64,000 nt of DNA, taken from assembly GCA_030704615.1 (NCBI GenBank), contig CM060734.1:35898001-35962000 (forward strand), written 5' to 3'. Below the pieces are notes generated by a model, which saw only the letters and a list, made by a program, of their open reading frames with translations, did no database searches and was not told where the DNA came from. The DNA comes from Takakia lepidozioides. Taxonomy: Eukaryota; Plantae; Bryophyta. The first letter of the stretch is position 1; each line of letters opens with the position of its first letter. The position numbers and the translations under genes are program-made. This document shows positions 40,527 through 54,448 of the stretch, in pieces.

Positions 40527-40783
40527 GTATCACTTTCATGAAAGTTGTGCCGTGATAAGAAGTGATATGAGCATCGACTCTATGTCTACAAAGTTTGAGT
40601 CAAGAAAGTCGTCGTACTTGTGTCTGTGAGGTCAAGTTGTCATACCTACATGTATGAGAAGTCAAGTTCCACACTTGCATTGTGAGGAGTCAAGCTGTCA
40701 CGCTTGTGTAAGTTGTTTTTCTGTTTGAGTGCTGTAGGTGACTCTAAATTTCGGAGAGAGAGGTTTTTTTTTTTTTTCCAGTC

Positions 40784-41686
40784 ATGGGAGAATCAAAGGA
40801 GCTTGGAAACATTCGTATGTTCACAGGGCAGAATTTCCATATGTGGAAATTTCAAATGACGGCTCTGTTTTGAGGAAGGGAACTGATGGACGTGATTGAC
40901 GGTACCAGCGTGAAGCCCGCAACATCGAATGCTGAGGGTCTTGGCCTATGGATCAAGAAAGACAATCAAGCTGTGAGCTTGTTATGTCAGGCCATGGATG
41001 AGAAGACCATGAAGGGTTTTATGGGCAGCAAGACATCAAAGAAAATTTGGGACAAGCTGCAAGAGCTGCATGATCAGCATTCCCAAGAAAGCATGCACCA
41101 CGTTCAGCAACGGTTTTTTGATATTACCATGGAGGAAGACGACACCATTGCTGAGTTCTTGGGCAAGATTCAAGAAGCTCAATGTGAGCTGGCCAACCTT
41201 GGTGATAACACCTTCACTGACAATACCGTGATGGTGAAGATATCAGCCAATTGCCAAGGTGTTATGGACCGTTCCAGTCGTCGTGGGAGAACGTGCCTGC
41301 AGCCGATAGAACAATCAGTGTCATGACTGGGCGTCTAATTAGAGAAGAAGCAAGAATGCACGATATTGTAGTTAGGACAGGAAGCAAGAACGGAGGTGCC
41401 ACAGCTAATGCTGCCACGTTCAAATCAAAATTTGGATTGTCCAATGGATGACCTTCGCTCACCCCGGAGCAGTGGGAGCAGAGAACAAAAGAGATTGCTG
41501 AACGGAAGAAGTATACCACTTGCTTTAATTGTGGCGAGCCTGGCCATTGGTCACGAGAGTGTCGCAATGAGAAGAAGACTCATGAAAAGGCAGAAGAGTC
41601 AAAGGGTGCATCAACTGTGAAAACTCACCGAGCTTTCATGGCAGCAGGCCCTGGGCCGTGCTCATATAACTGGTACATGGATAGTT
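40784..41686 (+). pseudogene. Copia gag and start of protease (broken)
   Basis: FTGQNFHMWKFQM, KKIWDKLQ, CFNCGEPGHWSREC zinc knuckle, ending at WYMDS. Contains stops and frameshifts. Confidence 0.88.
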
Positions 41687-44269
41687 GATTGAATCTGTCA
41701 CGAGGCAGCGCTTTTGTAAGAACGTCGGCAACCTGATCAATAGTTGAAATGTAAGTGAGGCGGATCTCGTTGGTTGTCTCTGCTTCACGAATCTTGTGGA
41801 ATTTAACGTCAATATGTTTTGTGCGCCTGTGAAACTCATGATTACGAACAAGCCGAATGGCTGCTTGGTTATCACTGTACAGGATGGTCGGTCCTGCTTG
41901 GAAAAAACGCAAATCATGCAAAAATCTGCGTAACCAGATGATTTCTTGGCTTGCGAGATGAGCAGCAATGTACTCAGCTTCGGTAGTACTGGTGCCACAC
42001 CACAGGTCCTCCGTTGAGCATAAGAACATAGCCAGAGCGTGATTTCTGTCATCCAAGTCGTCTGCATAGTCGGCATCACAATAGGCCACAAACTGATTTG
42101 CATTGGTCCCGAGAGCACTAAAGGTGATGCGCGTTCCGGGAGAGCCGCGGAGATACTTCATCACACGTCGAAGTGCACCAACGTGAGGGACCTTTGGGGA
42201 CTCGCAAAACTTCACAGCATGTCCAACTGAATAAGTGACATCCACACGAGTGCCTTGACTCCACCACATTAGATTGCCAACACAAGACTGGTAAGGAAAC
42301 TGATCATCTGGCTCTCCTTCGCTAGAGACAAGCTCCATGCAGCTGTTTGGATCAGCGGGAATGGCAACTGGGGCGGAGTCTTCAAAACCAAATTTGGCCA
42401 GAACACGTTCAATATACCGCTGTTGATCAATGCAGATGGTGCGGGTGAAACGGTCACGATAGATATTCAATCCAACGTATATCTCAAGATGGCCCTCTCT
42501 GATGCTGAAGGCTTCCCTCATTTCATCTAAGACGTGGACAATGAGGCCATTCTGGACCCTGCATGTAAGGCCGTCATCGACAAAAATGCAAAGAATCAAG
42601 TGAGGGTCGATACGACTCACATATACACATGGATCAACGGTGTAAGGAACAAGTTGATGATTGGTGAGAAAACTGTTGAATTTTCGGTTCCACACACGTG
42701 AAGATTGTTTGAGCCCATAGAAGGCCTTCTTCAAGCGGCAGACTTGTTGTGGGTGGTCTTCATCAATGAAACCAGCTGGCTGCTTCCTCATCAATCTCTC
42801 CATACAAGAACGTTATACAAACATCAAATTGTGTAATTTCCATGTCCTCTGCAGCAGCCAAAGAGAGGATGGTACGGATTAAATCAAACTTGACCACTGG
42901 GCTATATGTTTCCGTATAATCCAGCCCCTCCTTTTGGGTGAAACCTTTTGCAACTAGACGAGCCTTAAAGCGTGCCACAGTCCCATCAACGGCCAATTTA
43001 ACCTTATACACCCACTTTGAACGTACCACCTTGCGTGCTTTGGACAAATCTTGAAGCACCCAAGTATCATTAGCAATTAAGGAATCATATTCTTCTTGCA
43101 TGGCGTTGATCCACTCCTTGAGACGTGATTGCTGCATCGATGTGGGTAGGCTCATCCGGTACGTTGATGCGACCGGTGGCAACGTTGCATGTGTAACTGC
43201 CTTTTCCAAAAGGGATGACCCAGTCGCCATAACGTGTGGGTGGGTGACGGTTGCGAGTGACACTGCCATCAAAGCCATCATCATTGGGCACAATGCTTGT
43301 TGGCGCTTCATCTGCATCAAATGTAGTAACCTCCGGTGGCGTGATGTGCTCAGGGTTGTCTGGGAGATCAAAAACTGCAGGTTCAACTCCCACTGCAAGC
43401 TGTTCCTCCTCCGCTACGTCATGTGGCAGATAGTCTCCCATTGCGCCCATGACCGCGCCTCCCACTGGTTGTTGTTCGAAAACAAGTCCGCTCAACTGGA
43501 CTATCGAAGAGTCAAGTTCGTCTGCATTGTCTCCCGTGGAGACGCTCTTCTCATCAAAAATTACATGACAACTTTCAACAATGCAGTGAGATTCATTATC
43601 CCAAAGGCGATATGCCTTACTGGTTTCACTATAGCCCATGAGAATGCAATGCTTGCTCTTATGGTCCAGCTTCTTGCATTGCTCGTCTGGGATGTGCACA
43701 TAAGCACTTGATCCGAAAATGCGAACATGACCCACTGATGGTTTTACTCCGTACCAGAGCTGGTATGGTGTGATCGATTCAAGTAAACGAGACCCAGTTC
43801 TGTTGAGCAAATACACAGCCGTATGGATCGCTTCTCCCCAAAAACGAGGGTGAACATTGCTCTCATGAATCATGCTTCTTGCGGATTCAAGAATGGTCCG
43901 ATTGTCCCTCTCCGCAACCCCGTTCTGTTCTGGCATGAATGCACATGGCTTCTCGTGCTTGGCATTTTGAGTGTCCATGTATCGCTCAAACTGCTCATTG
44001 CAGAACTCGGTTCCTCGATCAGATCTCAAAAACTTGAGATGATGTCCATTCTCTCGGTGCATCTGGCCCAAGAAGCGCTGCAAGCATGCTAAAGCAACTG
44101 TTTTTCGTTTGATACAATATATAACTCGAAAACTAGAATAATCATCCTTAAAGAGAGCAAAATACCTTGCTCCTCCGACCGTGGTGACATTGATAGGGCC
44201 ACACAGGTCACAATGAACGAGATCACTGATGGCTTTGCTCTTTTCCCGCTCGCTAGGGTCATCCTGTAC
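41684..44269 (-). pseudogene. Copia integrase-RT-RNase H, inverted relative to the LTRs
   Basis: LVHCDLCGP, LRSDRGTEF, PEQNGVAER, FKARLVAKGF, IFVDDG, YSDNQAA, DQVADVLTKAL. Confidence 0.92.
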
Positions 44270-44814
44270 GCTCAAGGAATAGGCGACATTGCATTCAAGA
44301 CCTGGATAAATGTGATCGAGAATATTGGCGTCCTGAAGGATGTTATGCATGTTCCTCGACTTGGAAGAAACCTATTCTCTACATCACAAAGAGTCCAACG
44401 CGGAATAAACACACTGCACACAACTGGAGGGTGTAGTCTTTTTGTTGAAGATGAAGTTGTCATGAAGGGTGTTGAATATGGAGTATACAAGCTCCTCATG
44501 ACTGTTGTGCTTCCTTCGAGCTCCAGTTAGCAGCATACCTTCTCTGCCAGCGTCATTGGAATCCAAAGCAAAAAGGAAAAAGCACGCAAACACTTGATAC
44601 CTGGCCCATGGAAATGGTGCTCGGTGACTCTTTCGGTAGGCACAACCGATGCAAAATTGAGGCTGCTCAGTTCTCTCACTGATGATCAGACCATCAACCA
44701 TATCACGAGACTCCATGTGTTTGATCATGTTGTGGTGAACATGACCAAGTCGTCTGAAGATGTTGCTGGGTCTCTTCGAGCCACCTCTGTCTCCAACCTC
44801 ATCCTGAGTGGGAG

Positions 44815-45147
44815 TGTAGTTATAAATACTGCATATAGAGTACGGTATGAGGTTATGTCACTGATACGTTGAATCTTGTTGTTGTAGTTTCTTGGTACAG
44901 GGATCGTTAGCCATGATCAATATTTTTGGCGTTGGAAACCCTTGCGGGTATATAACGTAAATCCATGGCAACGGATAGTTACTTGTATGTAGTGCAAGAG
45001 TTAGCTGAGGCTCAGGCATGAGCCGCAATGCAGTTTGAGTCTGTATGTGTGATCACGTGATCAATGATAAGTCTGATTCCCTTGTATTCGTATACCGGAA
45101 GAGTGTAGTGTGATTTGTGCATGAATAAACAACTGAGAGTTTCAACA
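44815..45147 (+). repeat. 3' LTR of copia element, preceded by PPT gagtgggag
   Basis: Direct repeat of 40178-40512. Confidence 0.95.
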
Positions 45148-47228
45148 TACCAGGATGTCAAATTTACACATCATTTGATACCAGTACCATACTGGCTTGA
45201 ATAATTCAACTCTACCCTAATACCATTACCCCAGTGGTGTAAAAAAACCATGATTACCAGTCCAACATTGGAAACAAATAGTATAAAGTTAACCATGGTT
45301 GAAGAAGCGTTAATAGCAAGTACCGTTGTCATGTTATGTTGTTCAAATTATGATATATAAATAAAGGTGAAAAAAGACAAATTAATGGGTGGATGTGAAG
45401 TACCGACGAAATGAATGGCGACAATATCGGATAATGAATCTAACGGTGGTGGTGCAATTTGTTCAGTAATCCAATTCCACGACCTAGAGTTTGAGGAAAA
45501 CTTACCAAATTTCCTCTCAATGCGCGTTTGGTGGGTGCCCATAGCTCTCGTGGGCATAGTACTTCTCGCCCTCAACCCCATGCCCTATCTCTACAAACAT
45601 CTATTCCCTTACCCCCCCCACTTATTCCTCCCAACCCCATGCCCTATATCTTCACCTCACACCTACGACTTTCTCTCGGGCAAGAAGGAAAATGACATGT
45701 CCTCAATAACCACTCGCCATTAACAACAATTGCATTCAAAGCACAATCATAAACAAACTCCCCTAATTAGATTGAAGTATACTCAACAATCTAACATGAA
45801 CTTATGTTTAGTGTATAACAGTTGACAACGACGTGTATCAACCATAGTCCATATGAGTATCAGGTACTATATTGGGGGCTTTAGAGGTGACAGAATAGGT
45901 CAACAGTTGGTTATAGGCCCCCTTACCCAACTAAGAGCCGCTTTACACATGCCACAAATGAGTACCCAAAGTGTGGTGGTCATTGTGCATTGGACTAATT
46001 TGGTCTTTAGACCCACTTTATTCCATGGAAAACTCAATGTCAATGGGACTCCAATTCGCCCATGTGGCCAATTGCAGAGGACAAAGTTTGGATCCCATGT
46101 TTATGCGGAATGGCCAACAGAGAATCTGGGCTTTGCCATTGTTCAGCTAAGCATAGCAACACCTATTGGGCCAAGCGATTTGGTTACCATTAATAGTAAA
46201 CGGCTAAAGTAAAAAAGCCTCAATAATAGTGGGTGGACAGTTTACACTTTACACTAAGGGGGTCAGTGAAAATAGTTTGATTGCTCATTTCATGGCCTTT
46301 GCCTAGAGATATCCTAGCCTGTGCCTATTCGACACAGTTGAAATTTTCTCTGTGGAGCAGGCAAGATGGTTGAGTGTGCATTCACTGCCTCCACATAACC
46401 ACATCCTGGGTTCATCAATTCTAAGTTCAACATGCGCATTCATTGGCTCTACACAAGGTGATAAACAGAGAAAGTCTCAAATGTGACATAAATTTTGCCT
46501 TCTAATGTAGAAAATTTATGTCCATTCAGTGTTTTGTGCAAAAACGTGGAGCTTCCAACATCTTTTTCCTTTTAAACTGATAGCACACTCTGGATGATGA
46601 GGAATCACGTGGCATGGATGGAGCATACAAGATATGCAAAAGCCTCAAGTGCACGCGAAATGTTGCAACGGAGAATCTGCATGCATGGGGAAGGAATGTC
46701 ATGGGCATCAATGCAGCAATTGAACTCTACTCTGACCTAGACCTCCAGATTGCCAGACACCCATGTTTCACCCAGTATCTGATCATATGACAGACAGAAG
46801 AACCCCTCTGCCAATATTAGTCCCCAATTGGTAGCTTAGAGCCACTACCATCCTTTACTTGTAAAAGTCATTGACTGTCCTTCGATGAAATTAGGGCTCT
46901 TGCATGAGAATAACTCAAGATGACATGGCCATCTGATGCATTATGTCCTTCATTGCAACATTATGGCAGTCGCTAGTATGTCCACCTCAACCAAATGATC
47001 ATTTGACATAAATTGGTGTTAAAAAGACGTCACGAAAGGTGCGCCTATGTCATGTTGTCCACATTAGTGTTCCTACAAGCATGAGTCAAACAACATTTGA
47101 CAATGTGCCAGTGGAGCAAAACAGAGCTTACTTTTTTGAGGCTCTAAATTAGAGTAAATGAATTGTGGACTAACCTATTCACAGAGTTGAGTTACAATGA
47201 TCCCGGGAATCTGGTGCACACCAAATGG

Positions 47229-50200
47229 TCAGGTCTTATGGAGGATGTACTTGACTGCCTCATAAAACGACACAACAATGCCCACAGAAGGGCCTGCTCG
47301 TGCCACTCGGGGACCTACTCCTGTGAAGAGCCCTCGCACCCCATCCTTCCTGCACCACAGAACCCATGCTCCATCATATGAAACAACCCTCCACCCATTT
47401 TTTGCCTTCCACATGTAAATTCAACATTTAGTGGCACTGCTTTGTTTCAGTCAAAAACGAAGTTTAAACACCCAAAAAAAAGAACATAAACTGTGCCCAG
47501 GAGCTTACCTCCATATTTCAAGCAAAACCTGTCGAGTTGTCATCTTCATGGCCTTCAAAGGATCTTTCTGCAACATAATGACTCGGACATTGCAATTTGT
47601 GAGTTCAATAGGCCTATTGCAAGTACAGCAAATTTCAGAAATGAGCTCGCTGCTACCTATGCAGGTTCATCTAGTAAGAACCATTGTCAAGATGGTCAAC
47701 ACACCCGTGCAGCCTTTAAGCCTAATCATATGCTTCAAAAAATCCAGTCACTGACAAATTGGCTGACATGACAACCTCAGTAGCCATAGAAGTGACAGAA
47801 ATTGCAAGGGGGAACCTACCTCAATCTGGCGTCGTGTCTTAGCGACATCCAGAGGGCAGGTGACAGCTGCTGCAATGCTGCCAGCAAGTACACCTGCTGA
47901 AAAATTAGCTCCCACTACAGTGGAAGCATTTGGCTCTGGCCCTGCTTTTATGAGTAGGGACTGCCTTACCTGCACATCCAGTTTAGGGTAAGATTACCCG
48001 ATTGTCCTAGATTAGCTACAAATAAAAAGGTTTAGACTGACAACTCTCCTACCTGCTCCACACATCATGCAAAGCTGAGAATAAAATACACCACTTAAAA
48101 CTTCATGGTCACAATTCCAGGCAAGGGCAAACACTACCGTTGGTATCCAGGCACTGCAGCCAAAATCACTTTCACTACAGTCATAAGCCAGCCTACATCA
48201 TCTACCCACAAGCTAAGTGGCTAGCAGCTCAAAGAGACTGCCACCGATCCCACAGGTTGATTTTCTTGCTATCAAAGTGAGCTGCTAACAAGCTTCTGAG
48301 CATGCGCAAATTTACTAACATTTCAATCCGGATCACACCTTCCATTGCAACTGAGATACTACCCAGAACCGGAGGAGAGGCCAGGTAGATGAAATTTTAC
48401 AGGCTCCAAGGTAGTCCAGCAGATGGCAGAGAAAGGAACATCCCGTACTAATTGAGCGCCGACTCCTGTCCACAGCAACCGAATTCCCTGCACTGTTCTC
48501 CCAATCCTCCAGCAACCCACACTCCTATGTGAGATACTTTTCAAATGAGGCATCATGGAAATCTCTTGCTGTGGCTAAGAACTTCCAGCATAACCTCACA
48601 CCTCAGCTACAGGACCTGAAACTACCCCTGTGGAGACTGCTTCCAAGCTTCCAGCTATGTACAAGGTTGTACCCAACCTTTCAAATGACTTTTCTATACA
48701 AATACCATCCAGCAGTTCTTCCTAATTTAACTTTTTACTATACTCTATGGACCAATGTGAACTCAGATTAAATATGTCTGTCATGTAACTTAATGGGCAC
48801 ATCCATCAATCTTCTCATACATCCCAGTTGACATAATCATTTTCTGCCCTAACTCAGTAAAGGACACTACAAAGATTGCGGCGAATATGCTGGCAAGGAT
48901 GACTAATGTGAAGACTCAAGCCTGACACCAATGTAGATGAGGATCAGAGAGTAGCTATCAAGTGGGGATGTGGACGCATGGGAAGATGATGAATGCTTAC
49001 AGCGACCCCCTGGCACACCATCAACAATGATGGGAGCACCGCGAAGAACATCCCACATCCCGGGCAGTGTTCCACCCCTCACTCCCTTGTGGGCCTGCAT
49101 GTATCCCACAATGGTCATATCAGAAGGGAAAATTGATTAAAAACTCCAATAGCACAAAAGCAAAAAGAGGCGTAATCAAACTTTTCGCTATGTAGCTGCT
49201 TCAAGTTAAAATATAGAAGCCTGGCCAAGCTTCCATTGTGGTCCTCCACCGCCTGTTGCTGCTTCTTGGCCTTGGGGGTTACCTTTCACTCTGCTCAGTG
49301 TGTTACAATTGGAGTATGATCTAGGGTCTTGCCCATTTTCTCTTCACAAAAAGAAAGAGGAACGTAATACAGAAGTCTTTAGGACTCCCAAGGGCTTATT
49401 TATTCCAGGCATCTGCCCTCTTGAGACATTAGATTTTCCAGTTTTCTTGAGGTATTACATAAAAACATTTTCCTACAAAAGTCCTCATGCATCTTGCCCC
49501 TTTCCCACAGAGAGAGAGAATGTACTCATAAGACGTTTGCCGTAGCCTTGTGGCCGCAGAGAGAGAGACAGAGAGAGAGAGAGAGAACTACCTGCATCCG
49601 TGTCCTTGCAAGCTCAATAGGAGAGCAAACAATACAAGCTATTGATCGTGCAATCGACCCTGCTAGCAAAGGTGCATATGGCTTCAAACGCAACCCATGC
49701 TCCTCTGAATATCTCTCTATTTTTTCCCGAAGTATGTCGTAAAACGGCAGATATATACCCACCTGTCCAGCAATAATTCCAACACAAGCAATCCCCATGA
49801 ATCTCTGCTTTCTGAAAAGAGCTCTGCAACATGAACTGCACGAATTTCTTTCTAATCCATCCATGTGTCCTGGGACGCTCATGAACTGGCGAATGCAAAG
49901 TTCACTGGCAACACATGCAAGTGATTAGAAGCTTCACGACAAGGATGATTCTCTTACGGTGGGTACAGCAATAGCAAGGGCTGCATTGGTGCCTCTCCAG
50001 AGTCGGAAGAATCCCTCCTGCACAGATAAAGGTTCTTAGGAGAGAGTCTATACGCTGGAAGTATGCCAAACATGAATCTTTTCATCCCTCAGTATACAGC
50101 AGAATTTCCATAAGCATGCCAATCAAAATTTCACTAGCTGCCAGGAGTAGACTTCACTTCTCTCCAAGAGGCATGTACAACAGGACAGACTTGATGTATC

Positions 50201-51651
50201 AATATATGTAAGTAATTTCTCATTTGGTGGACCATCTTCAAAGGGCCAAACTATGCAAAGAGAGATAAAGCTCAAAGTGCAAGGGAGACAGGTGGGCGTA
50301 CTCAATAGACCAGGTCTACTGTAGCCATCTGACGATAGGATTGACATCAAATTGACTACACACCAACCTGCCGGACAACATTCTGAACCACATCCCATGT
50401 GCTCTTGTACTGGAAAGGTCCTGGAGGTGGGCATACAGGAGCCACTGCTGCATTGCCAGTTCGGGGACATGTGGGAGGACATCGTCCATCTACCGCAATC
50501 TGTGGGCAAACCAGGTTAGTCAGTGAATCCTGTTCCACCATACAACTAGACAGATATACCCCAAAACTCCTCCACCATCACCAGGTTTTCCCCACATTTG
50601 AGTGCCTTGGGACAATGCAAGCCATGGGAGAGGAACCATGTATTCTGTTACCCTAATCCTGAATTGGTAAGAATGGAATGTCACCCAGATTTGATATTTG
50701 ACTTACACTTGAGAAGTGGCTCAACATGCTCATACTCCCTGGATGGAGCAAATGTTTAGGTGCTCCAATCAAATTGATTAATTGGTGGAACCTCTTATGC
50801 TTGAAGCACTCTCCATGAAACTTCAGACAAAGGAAAGGTGCTTGGAGCGAAAAAAATAAAACCCATAACTGTTCAATAAGTTGGAGGCAGCCAACCCACA
50901 TCATGTAAGAAAACCTTGTGACCTGCCAACTTGCCTCACTACCTTGCCTGAGCCGAGGGGTTCCATGGCGCATGCCATTCTGTCATGGTAGGCTACTCCA
51001 GCTGCCTGCGCTTGCAATCTTGTCTGCAAAACATATCCACCAATGACGGTAACATCGAGCACGTTAGAGCCTGTTTTATGCTGTACGTTCTCTATTAGAA
51101 AAATATAGGGAAGTCCAAAGTCTTCTCCAGCTATTAAATTTCTAGGAATCACTCGTTACCTCTGCCCTATCCACCCTAATTTCGAGAGAGCCTGGCTCAA
51201 AGCCTGCACTGATGCGTCTCTCTAGGGTAAAAGCAGTGGAATAATTTAAGCAGGGATCGGTAGCCATTTCAGGCTGGCGCAAGTACAGCCACAGACAGGG
51301 GTAGGAGCGAACGAGAAAGAGGGAGACCTTGGCAACATCCAGAGGATTCACGATCACAGCTGAGATAATCGCAGCAGCTGCTGCAGAAATGGCCCTTTCC
51401 CTAAAATCAATAGGTCTTGGTGAAGGTTCTCCCACATCGATCCGGGTGCACTCCGTCATTCGTCGTATGCTTCTCAATTGGCCGAAGGGTCCTGGACTAG
51501 ACAACTCTTCTTGCCTCTCTGATGCATGCGCTGAATTCACTGCAGCAATCGATAGACCATCGACCCTCAATTGTTGAATCAGAAAGGATGACAAAGATTG
51601 GGACGGCTGTGCGGGCGCCCCCATTGCCGAATTCCCACCCCTTTCATTCAT
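47229..51651 (-). CDS. MTM1: Mitochondrial carrier, MTM1/SLC25A39-40-like; exons 51651-51328, 51023-50943, 50529-50368, 50017-49958, 49762-49592, 49094-49001, 48492-48401, 47969-47820, 47567-47509, 47349-47229
   Basis: Three carrier signatures: [22 protein letters not shown] and [11 protein letters not shown]. Also [10 protein letters not shown] and [19 protein letters not shown]. Splice phases are consistent; the start codon is tentative. Confidence 0.9.
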
Positions 51652-52058
51652 CACCTGTGCGCCCTATCTATCTACCTACACCGACGCTTCCCAATGACCT
51701 AGATCTCTTCAATGACTCAAAATGCGTCGCTACAACGACCCTGTACCACCGCAGTCAGGATTTGTGAAGCTCGGAAGCTCCAGCTCAAAATCTTTTGAAG
51801 CACCACAGACGCCAATCCTTGGGAGCGCCAGCAATTCAAACGCACTTTCTCATACTGTGGCAGTCGTCCTGCTAGGGTTTGCTTTGCACACTGGCCCGCA
51901 TCGTCCAGGCGCCCTCTCCTTGTGATGCCAGCTGCAGCCGTGTGAGACCTGCCACGTCGCCTGTCGGGGGAAAAGAGACTCAAAAGAGCATTTTTTTCTT
52001 TTTGCTTACAACAGGGGACAGTGGCCCTGATGAGAGCGTTAACTTTATATTCTTGTAC

Positions 52059-52221
52059 TAAGAAACAAAAAAAAAACAAAAAAAAACAAAAACCAATAAA
52101 CATAAGAAAATTAAAAAAATCTATGAAATGAACATGTCATAAGTAGAATCCAGGTCCCTGTTCATTTCATAGATTTTTTTAAATTTTCTTATGTTTATTG
52201 GTTTTTGTTTTTTTTTTCTTA
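52059..52221. repeat. Long inverted repeat (hairpin), ~55-60-bp arms, 24-nt loop
   Basis: aaaacaaaaaccaataaacataagaaaattaaaaaaatctatgaaatgaaca is the near-perfect reverse complement of tgttcatttcatagatttttttaaattttcttatgtttattggtttttgtttt. Confidence 0.9.
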
Positions 52222-54448
52222 CCCCCTAAGACATGAAGCCTAATACTTATTTTGAGCTATCTCTTCGTTTTTAATACATGTAAATACCCAACGATAAAAC
52301 TCAGGTTATAGTTCAATTAGATAAGATGTGTTAAATATGTTTCTAATTCAATTCTGATTTCACCCTTATCTATATAATCTACTCTTTATTCAAACATATA
52401 CCTTGGACTAGATAAGGCCTATCCATGTCCTACTTATATATACCGTATCCCCGTAAAATAATATACCTAACGGGCCGAATGCAGGTCCACACTATGGTTG
52501 TTATTTAAACCATCCCAATAGGTGTGAATCAGGTAAATGCGGTTTTGTATATACCGTGGGGTGACAACTAGAAGTTATTTACAAGATATACAATTATATG
52601 TTATCATAAATGACTTACTTCATTGATAATCCTTTAGGAATTAATCTAGATTATGTGAAATAATTCAAGATTGAAAAGGTTAGTTTACAATCCAACTTGA
52701 GAGGGATTATTGCATAATAGAGGATTATTCAAGTTATTCAGTGTTATTGAGTCTCCATGGTGTCTTAGAGCTTTGTATCATTCTCATTTATAAAGTGTTG
52801 GCTTTGCCCAAGAATTTAAACAAAATAGAGCCTGGATGTAAATAAGAAGGGGAGGAGATATTACCTCTAGTTTTATCATAGCTAGAAGTTAACAATAATT
52901 CCGGTAGCATGTTTTATGTTCTAAATATGGTTGTTTCCACTTTTCCACCGCTATGGCCCAACATCATCACAATTCTAAGTCCACATGTCGCTTCAATTTG
53001 TGAGCATCTTCTACTCGATTTCATGCCTTTCTCCCCTTCCTATCACTTTTAGGTTCTCTACCTACTGGGTGGCGCTCTTCTCAATAGAGATGAATTTGTC
53101 AAGCATGGCTACCAACCCTTTCCATACTATACCTTTCAAAGTCAACATTATAATTGAAGCTCACATTTGTAATAATACTTTTAAGGTTGATCCCCTTCCC
53201 CTCCCCTCCTCTTTCATATCCACCATATACAAACAACAATTCAAATACGCCACGACGATACTTCAATAGCACATAAACCAGCCACTTGTCTGCGTAGAGA
53301 AGAACTTATTGTTTGGAACGGAATTCAATATGCTGAATCGTTTGGCAAAATCATAGAAAAATCTTTCTTCACGGAAGACATGTTAAATTCAGAGTATTTG
53401 CTACAGTCATCGTGATTCATTAGTTGATTTTATTTTTTCGGATTTTGTTCCACTCTAATTCCCAAATCTCACAAAGGCTTCCTCCCATTTCTTTAAATTT
53501 TCTTTAAAAAATCCCAAATTTTATGTTGGGGATTACAATTAGTTCCTCTGTCCATTGATGGATGAAATACCAATTTTGCTGTAAGAATGTATTGTTGAGG
53601 ATGGTGTGATCCTCTTATACCCTTTGTTTGTCCACAAGACCATTGCAAGATATAAAGATCAATATGGCTACATATGTATTGACAATGGAAAACAAAGACC
53701 ACAAACTTTACACACCACCCAAAAATGAGTTGTTCAAAACCACAAGTCTAGACAAAAAGAAAAACTTTATAACTTTACTTCTCTCACATAAATATTATAC
53801 ATTTTATTGGCTCTGTCCCAATTTACTTGGGATAGAGGCATTGTGGGGACTCCTTATGAGCGGGTATAGGGTGGCCAAAATTCCAAAAAATGAACTGAAA
53901 ATGACAGTTTTTCATTTTTTTGGGATGAAAAGACACGTGTCAGCAAGTTTAGGACTTAGGAAAAAGAAAAAGAAACCATAATCTAACCAAGAGTAGCACA
54001 CTATGCCATGATTGTTCTAGTGGTTATCATGAGTGCTCTTAAGACTTTCTATTCTAAGAGGTTGTGGGTTCAAAACTGCCACACCCTATTTTTTGGAACA
54101 AACTACAATTTCCTCATTGCCCTAAGATTCTTTAGGATTGTTTAGGGTTTCGCATTCATTTTCGAGCTCATCTTCTTCGTTTTTGCTCTCATCTTCTGCA
54201 CCATCTTGTCGTCTTTCTCCATGACCTACTCGTAAAGTAGGCGGCGCATTAAGTAACCTATGGAGCGGCGCAGTTAAGGCGCACATGGAGCGGTTTCATT
54301 CTTCCAAAGACATTTTCTTGAGGTCATCCAGAGGCAATCCAAAACGGATTCCATAGCTACATTTGTGAGTGTAAGCTTGCTCCCACTCCCTCTCTCTCTT
54401 TGCATCCTTCACCCTCTAGTCCGTGTTGTGGTAGCAGTTGCTTTCACA

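Larger units (their letters stand above)
40178..45147 (+). mobile_element. Ty1/copia LTR retrotransposon with paired LTRs and internally rearranged gag-pol
   Basis: LTRs TGT...ACA at 40178-40512 and 44815-45147; TSD TACCA (40173-40177 and 45148-45152); PBS and PPT present. gag is on +; integrase, RT (FVDD) and RNase H (RTKHIDVKFH) are on -. Confidence 0.95.

Noticed and set aside
41625-41686. C-terminal tail of the 392-aa RT/RNase H ORF (SMYQLYEHGPGPAAMKAR)
   Set aside because: It is an antisense read-through across the inversion junction into the + strand protease start.
54020-54090. B-box-like GGGTTCAAAAC (possible old SINE head)
   Set aside because: No clear A box, tail or TSD.
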